Shown here: one piece after another, positions 1 to 12,310 of the stretch
How the letters are laid out: every line of letters begins with the position of its first letter
Position numbering within the stretch: the stretch's first letter is position 1
NCBI GenBank assembly: GCA_038087875.1
Contig: CM075990.1
Coordinates: 13,330,001 to 13,394,000, forward strand
Origin: Malacoraja senta
Lineage: Eukaryota
Direction: 5' to 3'
DNA: 64,000 bases
Program-made: the position numbers and the translations under genes
The notes under the pieces: model-generated
Seen by the model: only the letters and a program-made list of their open reading frames with translations
The model's database searches: none
Told to the model about the DNA's origin: nothing

Positions 1-372
1 AACGTACAAAATTCTTATGGGGTTGGACAGGCTAGATGCAGGAAGATTGTTCCCGATGTTGGGGAAGTCCAGGACAAGGGGTCACAGCTTAAGGATAAGG
101 GGGAAATCCTTTAAGACCGAGATAAGGAAAAACTTTTTCACACAGAGACTGGTGAATCTCTGGAACTCTCTGCCACAGAGGGTAGTTGAGGCCAGTTCAT
201 TGGCTATATTTAAGAGGGAGTTAGATGTGGCCCTTGTGGCTAAAGAGATCAGAGGGTATGGAGAGAAGGCAGGTACGGGATACTGAGTTGGATGATCAGC
301 CATGATCATATTGAATGGCGGTGCAGGCTCGAAGGGCCGAATGGCCTACTCCTGCACCTATTTTCTATGTAT
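1..372 (+). mobile_element. CR1 LINE 3' end
   Basis: SRTRGHSLRIRG..RKNFFTQRLVNLWNSLP; typical 3'UTR hairpin and tail. Confidence 0.9.
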
Positions 373-780
373 CTATCCCAAAGCTGACCATTTATCGCAT
401 AAAAGTATGATGCAGCCCATTCTTTTTTTTAAATTATTTTTTTATTTTATTTTAATTATTAGAAGTACATTACATTACAACCACATACATTAGTACTCGT
501 CACATATATCTTCTTACAATTAATGTACTCCGTTTGTTTTTTACACTAATAAAGGGAAAGGATGAGATTGAGAGAAAGAAGAAAGTGAAGGAAAAGGTGA
601 AAGTGTAAAAAACGTGACAACAAGAAAGAACGAAGACCCTATAAGAACGAAATTAAAAACAAAAGAAAAAGAGTTAAGGATGCAGCCCATTCTAACATTG
701 GTTACATTTATATCCTCTTCTTCACTTGATCGCTCTTGGCTTTTTCGTTGTTGTGTGAGGTGGAGGGGTGCGAAATAGAA

Positions 781-1094
781 GCACGGTGGCGTAGCGGTGG
801 AGCTACTGCCTCACAGCGCCAGAGACCCATGTTCGAGCCTGACTACGGGTGCTTGTCTGTACGGAGTTTGTACCTTCTCCCCGTGACCTGCGTGGGTTTT
901 CTCCGAGATCTTCGGTTTCCTCCCGCACTCCAAAGAAGTACAGGTTTGCAGGTCAATTGGCTTGGTATGAACGTAAAATTGTCCCTAGTGTGTGTAGGGT
1001 AGTGTTAGTGTGCGGGGATCGCTGGTCGGCGCGGACTCGGTGGGCCAAAGCGCCTGTTTCCACGCTGTATCTGTACACTAAACCAAACTAAACT
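781..1094 (+). mobile_element. HE1-like tRNA-derived V-SINE
   Basis: A box GGTGGCGTAGCGG, B box GTTCGAGCC, V-domain CGGTTTCCTCCC..CCAAAG, CR1-like 3' end, (AAACT)n tail. Confidence 0.85.
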
Positions 1095-1170
1095 ACAGTG
1101 TTTAAGAAGGAACTGCAGATTCTGATTTGAACTGAAATAGACACAAAGAGCTGACTGTGTTAAACCAAAG

Positions 1171-1339
1171 GTAGACAAAAATGCTGAAGAAACTCAGCGA
1201 GTGAGACAACATCTATGGAGCGAAGGAAATAGGCAACGTTTCGGGTCGAAACCCTTCTTCAGACTGCCTCACCCGCTGAGTTTCTCCAGCATTTTTGTCT
1301 ACCTTCGATTTTCCAGCATCTGCAGTTCCTTCTTAAACA
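1171..1339. mobile_element. Fold-back Penelope-derived short element with hammerhead core (1235-1262, minus)
   Basis: 15-bp TSD TGTGTTAAACCAAAG at 1156-1170 and 1340-1354; inverted arms. Confidence 0.8.
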
Positions 1340-1676
1340 TGTGTTAAACCAAAGTATAGTTTCGCTGGTCTAATCTGCTTTCACGTACCTCTGCAAATCC
1401 CAAAGCAACTTGCCCCAAATGAAAATCAATGTTGGAGATGTGGCAGCTAATTTGCACATAGAAAGCTTCTATAATAGAAAGATTAAACAAGAACTTACCG
1501 CTTGAGAAGTTGGAGTGAGAGCCTATGTGAAGATCCCGCCAGCAAGCATGCGCTTCAATCTTCAGTGCAACTGTATGAAACCACAGACCACTTGAAATTA
1601 ATTTAAGCTATAGAAAGATTACTAACCCTTGACTTACCGAATGATCTTTATGAGATTGAGGGTTGGGAGTGGAGGG

Positions 1677-1788
1677 CACGTAGTCTCTCACTCCAACTTC
1701 TCATAAAATAAAGATCAAACTTCACCCGGTAAGTTCTCGTTTAATCTTTCTATTTTACTTCGAAGTCTCGTCAAGAGACCACGTGAAG
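1677..1788. repeat. DIRS internal complementary region (ICR)
   Basis: 1677-1754 is inverted relative to 1473-1527; 1752-1788 is inverted relative to 5887-5923. Confidence 0.85.
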
Positions 1789-2071
1789 CCTTTGAAACTC
1801 TGTGGTTTTGTGGATATGAGAAGAAACGGCAGGTTTCTGTGAAACTTAGCTTTGCAGATAGTGACAAGGCTTTTGCAAAGTGCTGGAAGATGCGACCTGG
1901 CCAGAGACACTCAGTCTGGAACCTTTGGAAGCCCGAAGAAGATGTTGCAACAGATGACCCATAAGTTGTTACTTATGCCTGAGATTGTTGCAGATAATGT
2001 GAACCATGCCCCTTTAGCAGACATAATGTCTGGAATTAGCAGGCGTGTAAAGGGTACCGACGCTATTCCTG

Positions 2072-2926
2072 AACTGATGCGGTGGAAGGTGAGGACAAGG
2101 GGGACTCTGTCCTTCTTATGTGGTGGGATGGGGAGTGAGAGCGGAGCTGCGGGATATAGAGGAGACTCTGGTGAGAGCCTCATCTATAATAGAAGAGGGA
2201 AACCCCCGTTTCCTGAAGAATGAGGACATCTTCAATGCCCTGGTGTGGAACACCTCATCCTGGGTACAGATGCGGCATAGACGGAGGAATTGGGAGTAGG
2301 GGATAGAGTCCTTGCGGGAAGCAGGGTGGGAAGAAGTGTAGTCAAGATAGCTGTGGGAGTCAGTGGGTTTGTAGTAGATGTCGGTATGTAGTCTGTTGCC
2401 TGCGATGGAGATGGTGAGATCTAGAAACGGTAGGGAGATGTCGGAAATGGTCCAGGTGAATTTGAGTGCCGGATGGAAATTAGTGGTGAAATGGATGAAG
2501 TCAGTGAGCATGGGTGCAGAAAGTAGCACTAATGCAGTCGTCAATGCAGCGGAGGTAGAGTTCTGGGATAGGGCCACAGTATGCCTCGAACAGGGATTGT
2601 TCGACGTACCCTACAAAGAGGCAGGCGTAGCTCGGGCCCATACGCATGCCCATAGTTACGCTTTGGGTTTGGAGGAAATGGGAAAAGTCAAAGGAAAAGT
2701 TGTTGAGGGTGAGGACCAGCTCCGCTAGGTGGAGGAGAGTATTAGTAGACAGAAATTGGTTGGTTCTGTGGTCGAGGAAGAAACGGACGGCTTTCAGACC
2801 CTCCTGGTGGGGGATGGAGGTGTAGAGTGACTGGACATCCATAGTGAAGATGAGGGAGTGGGGGCCTGGAAAACGGAAGTCACGAAGGAGACAAAAAGCG
2901 TGTGAAGTATCTCGGACATAGGGGGG
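2072..2926 (-). mobile_element. Penelope-like element RT fragment nested in the DIRS element
   Basis: FTMDVQSLYTSIPH, MGPSYACLF, YLRCIDD, PFLDL, YYKPTDSHSYL, SIPYSQFLRL motifs (ORFs 2501..2944 and 2116..2577). Confidence 0.9.
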
Positions 2927-2939
2927 TCCAATCCCTCCC

Positions 2940-3160
2940 CACATTCCACACTTCTTTGTATCTCGGCTTTGGAGGGTTCATATTAAAGACACCTTTCATA
3001 AACTTTGACACCAATGGGTGAGTGCCAATTGTTTGATGTCCTACCCCACGCACTAGATACGATGATAAGGCACTACGAGCAGTGTTAATTGCGTTATAAC
3101 TTAGACGCTTCTCAAAAAACTAAACTGAAAGAAATTCCAAAACCTCTGCTACTTCCGCTT
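2940..3160 (-). pseudogene. DIRS tyrosine recombinase N-terminal remnant
   Basis: LSYNAINTARSALSS and FMKGVFNMNPPKPRYKEVWNV motifs. Confidence 0.75.
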
Positions 3161-3214
3161 TAAAGTAGTTCACATGTTAACCTCAAACATCTATCAATCT
3201 CAGGACGAGAATCT

Positions 3215-4045
3215 TCTCACGATCCAGACTTCTATAATGCATAGCCCCATATTGTGTGGCTGGGAAGGCAGCTACCATCCTGCCCATCACCCTTGCAACC
3301 TGCCGTATAGTAGGCTTCTCATTTTTAAGTTGTAAAAATTCTCATTTGTAAATAGCCTAGGGGCTGTACTCAACCCATTAGGTAGAGCCTTAAATTGCCA
3401 CCACTGGCCTTGCCAGATAAACTTCAGATATGTACTGTGACTCTCAAAGGTTCAAAGGTTCTTTATTAGTCATATACACCAATTGGTGTTGTGAAATGCG
3501 TATTGCCATTGCAGCACATAAGAAAAAAGAATACAAACATAACAATAATAAAGAAATTTAAACATAAATCAAATCATAAATTAATTAAACATAAATTAAA
3601 CTCTCATGTATTGGTACCGAATAATATGCATCTTTGAGATCGATTGAGGCCTTAAAGCAATCCTCTGTAATCGGCTGTTTTGCTGAATGAAAATTATCCA
3701 TCTTAAAATGGTTATATTCCCAGCATGTGTTCAGACTAGCCACATCAAGAATGATTCGGTATGCTCCATTTTCGACCTTGTGAAGATGTTAGAAATATAT
3801 TCCTCTTGTGCATGGACAGTTTTCTCAATCACATAATTTTTGTGCAATTTCACTACCTCTACTTGGATAGCTGTAGTTTCCTCTTGACACCGAATGTACG
3901 GGAATTTTGGCTTCTCTTGCTGTGGAGGAAACTGGTCAGACAGAAACTCAATCTTATATCCATTTATGGCTTGTAAAATGAAAGGTTCAGTGATTATCTC
4001 TCTCCACCTGCTCCTGAACAGTCTCAATCTACCTCCCACTTAAAT
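3215..4045 (-). pseudogene. DIRS reverse transcriptase remnant
   Basis: GGRLRLFRSRW..GYKIEF, HFKMD..SIDLKDAYYSVPIH, WQFKALPNGLSTAPRLF; the YxDD region is deleted; 153-bp insertion 3447-3599 with ACTCTCA TSD. Confidence 0.85.
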
Positions 4046-4199
4046 AACCTCAGCACATCTCATGCAACTGTAGGAATCATATTCACCTACCTCAACGGCC
4101 TTAGGCAGTTGATCAATAGAGTCTGCAGACTCTAGTTTTTGTTCTGTCCCCTCCCTTTGGCTCTGGCATCGTGTCCTGCTGGGGGCCAAGACTTAGTGT

Positions 4200-5683
4200 G
4201 TGGAGTGCGCAGCCTCCATGGTGAGCTCTGCGAACCTGCGCATTAAAAAAGGCCTCTGGCTCTGTCTTAGTTGTGTAGGCCTGGTGCTCCAACCAGCCTC
4301 AGTGTCGCGGTTTCTGCCGTTAGCTTGGTGGGGATGATATGCATGCCGGTAGTCGCGTCTTACCCACAGAGGGTGTCTTTACCACACCCACGGCAGCCTT
4401 GTATTCCTCTTGCAAGTCTTTTACTTGCTTGCTCAAATCTTCTCCGAAAAGTTACTTCGCAGACTGCACATTGTTTGCCTTGCACAAATGAGCATATTTT
4501 GGGTTTATCTCAGGCTTTATACAATTCTTGTGAATGCAATTCAAGTCGTCAAGTGAGTTTATTGTCATGTGTCCCCGATAGGACAATGAAATTCTTGCTT
4601 TGCTTCAGCACAACAGAACATAGTAGGCATTGACTACAAGGCATTCTATAAATATATACACACATGAATCAATATACTGATAAAGTGCAAATAACAGTAT
4701 TGGCTAATAAAGTTCAGTGTTATGTCCGAGCCAGGTTTAATAGCCTGATGGCTGTGGGGAAGTAGCTATTCCTGAACCTGGTCGTTGCAGTCTTCAGGCT
4801 CCTGTACCTTCTACCTGAAGGTAGTAGGGAGATGAGTGTGTGGCCAGGATGGCGTGGGTCCTTGATGATACTGCCAGCCTTTTTGAGCTCAATTGAGCTC
4901 AAACTGTGCATTACACAGAAGTGCTAAGGCGTCTTGCTGCAATTCAGACAGCTGAGTTCCATCCACCGAACTTGCAAACCTTGCCGTAAACCCTCTTGTG
5001 AGAAGTCTCCGAACTTGCTGGAGTTTTAAGTCTTTTGACTTTCTTTTGCCATTCAGATTGTCCCAAATGGTGGCATTAACCTTCGGTACATCAAGTGTCT
5101 GGCTGTTATCAGGACTATCATACTTTCCAGCAGTGTCCTGCATGTTCTTCTCATTCAACTGGTGTGAAGTCAAGTATACAATGCTACTCGCCAGTTCTTC
5201 CTCTAACGGTTTTGTCGCGAGTGCCGGCAGCTCCTTTTTAGTCGTGAGTTGAAGCGTATCAACCACTTGTTGAGGGAATTCTAGTTCATTGTCGACTTCC
5301 CTGCAGTCAGTGTCTACCACGTAATAATCCTCAAATCTCCCCGCCTCTGAGCGGGAGATATCATAATCCAACCCTTGACCAGGTATTGCCGTCGCAGACA
5401 TCTGACTGGAACTGCCTGTATTGGTCGCATGTGTGCGGTGCATATTTCCTCCGACCAGCCTCTCAATCAGGTTTTGAGAGGCAACAGTTGACATCCCCAT
5501 TGGATGTTGAGGCAGTATTGTCCTTTTGGGCAGTCTTTGCCAGTTTAACCATGGCCTTCCCCAAACTCGAGGTCGACAAACTGCTCCCTTTTGGCGCCTT
5601 TGCGGAGGTTGCTGTGCAGGCCGTGCATGCCAGCGTCTCCTAGCTAGATACAGACGGCCATCGACCTCTCCTGTTGCCGTCAT
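4200..5683 (-). pseudogene. DIRS gag-like ORF1, split by a Rex1 fragment
   Basis: ORF 4889..5683 (VPKVNATIWDNL..DLKLQQV) resumes past the insertion as IKPEINPKYAHLC..LFGEDLSKQVK. Confidence 0.7.
4542..4889 (-). mobile_element. Rex1/Babar-like non-LTR 3' fragment nested in DIRS gag
   Basis: IIKDPRHPGH..LLPSGRRYRS..TTRFRNSYFPTAIRLLN C-terminal motif; short CAATT duplication at the flanks. Confidence 0.75.
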
Positions 5684-7504
5684 TTGCCACTGAATCTTCA
5701 GCCACTGTTTTTAGGCTTCTCCATTCTTGGGACCCAAGCCAGCGTCGAAAGCAGTAAACACAGTTCCTGTGAAATCTTACCTTTCGGCTTTAATGGCGTA
5801 TTTCAGGGAAATCCCCGATGTCCATTTCCCCTTCCGAATCTCGCGCCATGCGTCGACGTATTGAAGCGCATGGATGCTGCCGAGTTCTTCACGTAGTCTC
5901 ATGACGAGACTTCGAAATAAAATCACAATGTGACAACGGCTGATGAATCTAGTGATGTGAGTGAGGGTTAAATATCAGGCAAGATATCAATAATAATGCC
6001 TTGCTCTTCAAAGAATTGCCATGGATTTCTTTATAAACGACTGTCTGGGTCTGAGGTTGAGGCTTGGTCTATAATGTCACGTGTAAGATGACATTTCAAG
6101 TGGTATTTTCTTGGTACTTTATGGGGAATTGACAAGGAGTGGAGGCTTGGAGTGCGCTGCGTTGGCTGGTGGTGTTGGAGGCAGGTATAATAGTGGCGTT
6201 TAAGATGCTTTTAGTTTGGGATATGGAACTGCAGGGAATAGAGGGATATGGATCTTGTGCAGGCAGATGAGATAACTTTAATTTGACATCATGTTCGGCG
6301 AAAACATTGTTCCTGTGCTCTATGTTCTAATTTTCCAAATGGAATTTGAACCCCAAAGCTTCTGATTCAGAGGCCAGCACATTACTCACTGCACTATGAT
6401 TTAGTGTGACAATTTGACAGGCCCCATTCCATAACACAAATGAAAGTTAAAAAGTGTCATGAGACACTGTCCATTTGGTGTAAACACCTTCCTTATAAGC
6501 CAGCAAACAGTGCGAACCATTTGTCATGCTGGGCATCATTGGTAACATTGGTAACAGATGAGGCACGCTACAATCCCCAGGCAGGCTCTCATACCTTGTT
6601 AACCCCTGCCCAAGAATCATCAGCAGGACAGATTTATGTGTTTCCTCTGCAATAACTCTGGTAAAGGCCAGTGGAGAGCAGATCGAGGTGCGCTCAGGCT
6701 CACTGCTGGCAGACTGTTCCTGGAACCAAGCAGAAACTGTATCTGACACCTATTGATGTTTCTGATCTCACCGTGACCTGCTTTATTGTTCCCTGCATGT
6801 GGAGGTTAACTTGTTTTAATGCCAACATGTCCCTTATTGACGGAGCATTTGATGGTGTTATCTTCCTGGTTATATGCCCATAATCACAGAAAGAACTGCA
6901 GCAATTATGTCAATTGTTCATTCAGATTAAACTGCTTTACATGGAACTAAATTAGACCTTTAGAAATTGCAAATGGTAAAGAGACTTTTAATTCATGGAT
7001 CAACTAAGTAAGTCAAATAAGTCAAATCTTTGCTACTACAGTCACAAAATGTATTAATATGGTAGGAATTCTCCTGCAGTACAAACATAAGGATTATTTC
7101 TTTATGAAACCATCTGCTTATACCAGATAAGGCAACTAATAAAAAGCACTCATCCCATTGTAATCTCTGTTGAGATATACCAAATCAAGTATATCTCTGA
7201 GACTTCAGAACAGTAATTGGGATTTGGGGATTAAATCAATGTCAGCTATTATAAAAGCTATGACCTTTGGAGTCCTTACAGTCTTTGTAATCCTTCAGTC
7301 AATTATGCCTCTGGCACATCCCTGATTTTCATCCCTTCTACAATGGTCACGCCTTGGCCATGAAATCTTGGGAGAATGGGTTAGAGAGGCAACAGAGTTT
7401 GCAGCTTAAGACAGGATCACCACGGGAGCAATAATGGAAAACAGAGACTTTCAATAGGTAGAATTTAAGCAGTGGAGAGATCTAGAAGAACTAATTTACG
7501 AGGA

Positions 7505-7900
7505 TATTGTCAGGACTCAAGGACCTGAGCTACAGGAAGAGGTTGAGCAGATTAGGACTTTATTCCTGGGAGCACAAGAGGCGAAGGGGTGATCTTATAG
7601 AGGTGTATGAAATCATGAGGGGCATTGATAAGGTGAACGCACTGAAGCTTTTTGACAACATGGGGGGATCAGGAAGTAACAGCATGGGTCTATGGTGAGA
7701 GGGGAAAGAATTAGTAGGAACGTGAGGGGCAACCTTTTCACAGAGAGGATGGTGGGTATATGGAACGAGCTGCCAGAGGATGTAGATGGGGCATTTACAA
7801 TAACAACATTTAAAAGACATTTGGACAGGTGTAAGGATATGAAAGGTTTGGATGGATGTGAGCCAAACACAGGCAAATGGGACTAGCTTAAACAGGGTAT
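7505..7900 (+). mobile_element. CR1 LINE 3' fragment
   Basis: LSYRKRLSRLGLYS..RRGDLIEVYEIMRG..WNELP. Confidence 0.85.
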
Positions 7901-8084
7901 CTGGTCTGAAGAAGGGTCTCTACCCAAAACGTCATCTATTCATTTTCTCTAGATATGCTGCCTGACCCGCTGAGTTACTCCATCTTTTTGTGCCTATCTT
8001 CTATTTAGAACATAAACTAGATAGAATCAGAACAGGCCCCTCAGCCCACAGTGTCTGTGCTGAGCATGATGCCAAGACTATCTG

Positions 8085-8280
8085 GGCCCAGGAGTTTACT
8101 ACCCTTGGGATCCTACTTTTTAATCTTCTGCCTAACTCCCTATATTCACGTTGCAGGACCTCCTCATCCCTTTTCCTACCTGTGCCAATGTGTACAACCA
8201 CTGCCAGCTGCTTGCCCTCCCACTTAAGCATGTTTTACAGCTGCTTAGAGACACCCTGCAGCCTTGCACCAGGGAGGCAA
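8085..8280 (-). mobile_element. CR1 ORF1 (SGNH esterase-like) fragment
   Basis: EGKQLAVVVHIGT..VLQREYRELGRRLKSR..VV. Confidence 0.7.
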
Positions 8281-8387
8281 ATATAATCAATGAATCTATC
8301 ACTTAATTGAATGGTTCATGATCACTAAATTTGAAATTTACAAGACCACTTTAGAATCTCATGACAAGGTACACTGCAGGCAGGGGA

Positions 8388-8598
8388 AGAAGGAACTGCA
8401 GATGCTGGTTTAAACCAAAGAGCTTGAGTAATTCAGCGGGTCAGACAGCATCTCTGGAAAAAAAGGAATAGGTGATGCTATAGGTCGAGACCCTTCTTCA
8501 GGCGGGTCTCGAAGGGTCTTGACCCATAACGTCACCTATTCCTTTTCTCCAGAGATGCCGTCTGACCCGCTGAGTTACTCCAGCTTTTTGTGTCTATG
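8388..8598. mobile_element. Fold-back Penelope-derived short element, decayed hammerhead cores
   Basis: Inverted arms about a centre near 8505. Confidence 0.7.
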
Positions 8599-8846
8599 CT
8601 GCAGTGTGATTTCCACAGGGAAATGTTGTTGGTTTTATTTTTTAATGTGGAGGGGAAGAGCGTGTCTGGAAACAAATGTAACAATATAAAAAACAGAAGG
8701 GAATTGTTATTGACTTGAACGTGAAAATCTTTCCTTTAATTGTTGAGCAAGGTTGACTTCTGACTGTCCTCATTAACAAAATTTTGTTCAGTGGTAACAG
8801 GCAAGTGTCACTCCGAACTTGCCTGAACCTTTCCAACTGTGGTAAA

Positions 8847-8873
8847 TGCAACTGGTCTCCACTTGATGGCAGC
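8847..8873 (+). promoter_or_regulatory. Candidate CTCF site with upstream motif
   Basis: TGCAA..CCACTTGATGGCAGC; one mismatch to CCACYAGRKGGCAG; unique sequence. Confidence 0.3.
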
Positions 8874-10431
8874 GTTGAGTCTGGAGCGTTTGCGCGGTGA
8901 ATGCAGTAAGCCACATTGTAAAAGTGAGCACAGTTAAAATGAAGCGACTTCAATGGTAGTAGAGTGCTTGGGGCCAAAACACAACAACATTGCAAGTTCT
9001 GCCAAGTGATTCTCAATAATTTGCCAAAATAAAGCTTGATTCCAAAAGAACTATATAGTTAAGTGAACTGCAGATGCTGGTTTAAACTTCTCCAGTCCTG
9101 AAGTAGGGTCTCCACCCGAAACGTCACCCATTCCTTCTCGCCAGAGATGCTGCCTGTCCCGCTGGGTTACTCCAGCTTTTTGTGTCTATCTTATCGATAT
9201 AAGTGTTGCCTTCCATCTAGCGATAGACCTTAATGAATATCGTACTAGATAAAAAAATCTCTATTGTGACAGGGTCCACTTGGCAGGGATGGGGAAAAGA
9301 TTGGAAACCTAAGAAACTGCAGATGTTGCAATTGAGCAAAGAACAAAGCGTTGGAGGACCTGAGCAGGTCAGGCAGCATCTGTGGAATGAATTAGATAGA
9401 TGACGTTACAGGTTGGGATCTTCGGTATGAAAGAAAATCCGAGGGTGTGGGGTTAAAGATTTTGCAACCAAGAAAGAATAGAAACTGAACAAAATGTGGA
9501 TTAGGGTCTTGTTTTTGTGAATTAACTGAATTTTTCGCACTGATTAATTTTTGCAATGGAAACCCATTTCCAAAATGATAATTTTGAATTAAGGATAAAT
9601 GAAGGCATGTGTGCTTGGGATCAGAGGATGTGAGCAAAGTTCTAAACAAGTACTTTACATTTGTATTCCCCAAGGAGAAGGACATGGAGGACAGGGAGTT
9701 CAGTGTGGAGAATACTAATATGCAAGATCAAGACAGATGTGGTGTTGGGGCTCTCGAAGAGCATTGATGTGGATAAATCCCCAGGGCCTCATGCTGTTAA
9801 GGGTCTTGCCATTAACTGTACACTTTCTATTTACATATGACCTCTCAAACTACAGCATCTAACACTTGCTTGGATTAAACTCCATCTGCCATTTCTCAGC
9901 TCATTTCTGTAGCTATTCTATATCCTGCTGTGTACTCAAATGCCACTGCACCGTAATTGGTACGTGTGACAATAAACTGACCTTGAAACGTCACCCGTTC
10001 CTTCTCTCCAGAGTTGCTGCTTGGTTACTCCTGCTTTTTGAGTCTTTCAAGGTGTATGTGATGATGGTTAGAAAGAAAAAATAGTGTAGAGACAAATATG
10101 AAGTGATGCAAAAGACTTTGTGGTGGACTTAATAAAGAGAGAGCTTGTTTTTTTTAAAACAAATGTATTGGTATACCTTTGGGTTTTCCATTGATTTAAG
10201 TTGTCATTTGACTCTTGTCAGCAAACTTGTCATGTATCAATTTTTTGATGCAACATCCATCTTGTGGAATGTACTTTTCAATCCAGACTGTTGTAGGAAT
10301 TTTGCATTGGTCTTGACGGCAACAATCTGGATGCGATTGTAGTTCTACAGTATGGAAATAGACTCTTCAGCCCATCTCATCAATGCTGACCAAGTCCCTA
10401 ACTGAGCTAAGCCCAAGTCCCCACTGAGCTA

Positions 10432-10757
10432 AGAGGCAGGAAACATGTTCCCGATGTTGGGGGAGTCCAGAACCATGGGCCAGTTTAAGAATAAGGAGTA
10501 AGCCATTTAGAACAGAGACGAGGAAACACTTTTTCTCACAGAGTGGTGAGTCTGTGGAATTCTCTGCCTCAGAGGGCGGTGGAGGCCGGTTCTCTGGATG
10601 CTTTCAAGAGAGAGCTAAATAGGGCTCTTAAAAATAGCGGAGTCAGGGGATATGGGGAGAAGGCAGGAACGGGGTACTGATTGGGGATGATCAGCCATGA
10701 TCATATTGAATGGCGGTGCTGGCTCGAAGGGCCTACTCCTGCACCTATTGTCTATTA
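10432..10757 (+). mobile_element. CR1 LINE 3' end
   Basis: Same family as 1-372. Confidence 0.85.
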
Positions 10758-10858
10758 TCATAAACTATTCCTCTCCATGTACCTGTCCAAATATCTTTTA
10801 AATATTGAATTGTAATTGAATCCACGTTTGCCACTGCTTCCGACAGCTTTGTGTGGAA

Positions 10859-11091
10859 AGGTGGCGCGGCAGTAGAGTTTCTGCCTCTGGAGCCAGAAAC
10901 CCGGGTTCAGTTCTAAATACGGGCGCCATAGTTTGCACGTTCTCCCTGTGACCGCGTGGGCTTTATTCTCCCACATTCCAAAGACGTGCAAGTTAATTGG
11001 CTTTGGTAAAAATTGTCCCTAGTGTGTAGGGTAATCGCTGGTCGGTGTGAGCCAAAGGACCTGTTTCTATGCTGTATCTCCAAAGTCTAAA
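10859..11091 (+). mobile_element. HE1-like SINE, internally deleted
   Basis: Similar to 781-1094. Confidence 0.75.
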
Positions 11092-12009
11092 CCATTGCCT
11101 CTCATGCCCCCCTTAAATCTATGCCCTCTAGTTTTAGATCCCCTCAAGGACTATCCACCTTATCTATGCCATTGACTATTTTATAAACCTCTGAAACGTC
11201 ATCCCTCGGCATTCTTTTGCTCCTGAGGATTAAAGCCTCAGTCCATGCAGTCACTCCTTTTTGCTTAATAAATCCTTTAATCCCAGCAACATTTCAGTTT
11301 GTTGTGGAGTTCTGTAGATGCCAAATGCACCGTGTCTGTTACTGTTGCTAATGTAATTCTCCATTGTTAGTCACTTGTAGATCTGCTTAACACATTTTGT
11401 CAAATTGCCTGGCTGAATAAGATGTTCCAGCAGTGTTAGATCTGTTCCCAAAATTGTGGTTTCATAACTTTTCGCATCCTCTGTACACCCCAAAGAGCTT
11501 CACACAGAGCCAAAGAATACCTTTTTGAAGAACGGTCTTCTGGCAAATGTGTGTAGGCAATGTATTCACCGTAGAATCCACAATGTGAATGACATCTAGT
11601 CTGTTTCTGAGGGATAAATGTGGTAAAAGACACGGAGTGAAATCTCAGCATGGGATATTCTACCGCTACCTGATCAAGTCTTGATTTAAAAGTTCATTTA
11701 AACAGAGGTGGGTAACATATTGTGGATTTAAACATTTAATTTGTATCATAAATTGCTATAAACATGCAAGGTTTTCTTTAGGACACACTTCTCGATCTGC
11801 TTAAACCACTGTGTGAGATTGCCTTGTTGGTCTCTACTTTATTAAATGTTCTACCAGTATTAGATCTCAAGAGCTGGCCACTAATTATGCTCCCCTCCAT
11901 TTAGTTAAATGTAATACATTATTATTGTTGTTTCTTGTTTGCTGACCCACCTCTTCTATACTTGCTGGCCTATGCCTGGTTAAGAAACCATTCAACTTAA
12001 GAATTAGGA

Positions 12010-12310
12010 CACGGTGGCCCAGCAGTAGAGTTGCTGCCTTGCAGTGCCGGAGACCCGGGTTCGATCCCGACTATGGGTGCTGTCTGTACGGAGTTTGTTC
12101 TCCCCGTAACCTGCGTGGGTTTTCTCCGAGATCCTGTTTCCTCCCACACTCCAAAAGACGCACGGGTTTGTAGGTCAATTGGCTTGTTGTAAATGTAAAA
12201 ATTATCACTCGTGGGTGTAGGATTGTGTTAATATGCGGGGATCGCTGGTCGGCACGGACCCGGTGGACTGTAGGGCCTGTTTCAATGCTGTATATCTAAA
12301 CGAAACGAAA
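12010..12310 (+). mobile_element. HE1-like V-SINE
   Basis: A/B boxes (GGTTCGATCCC), V domain, CR1-like tail. Confidence 0.85.

Larger units (their letters stand above)
1473..5923 (-). mobile_element. DIRS-type (tyrosine recombinase) retrotransposon, internally deleted, termini intact
   Basis: Inverted terminal repeats (about 1518-1559 vs 5860-5901), ICR 1677-1788 matching both ends, AAT at both boundaries, gag/RT/YR remnants on the minus strand. Confidence 0.88.

Noticed and set aside
781-850. tRNA gene-like A/B boxes
   Set aside because: Head of a tRNA-derived SINE, repeated with the same body at several loci; no clean cloverleaf.
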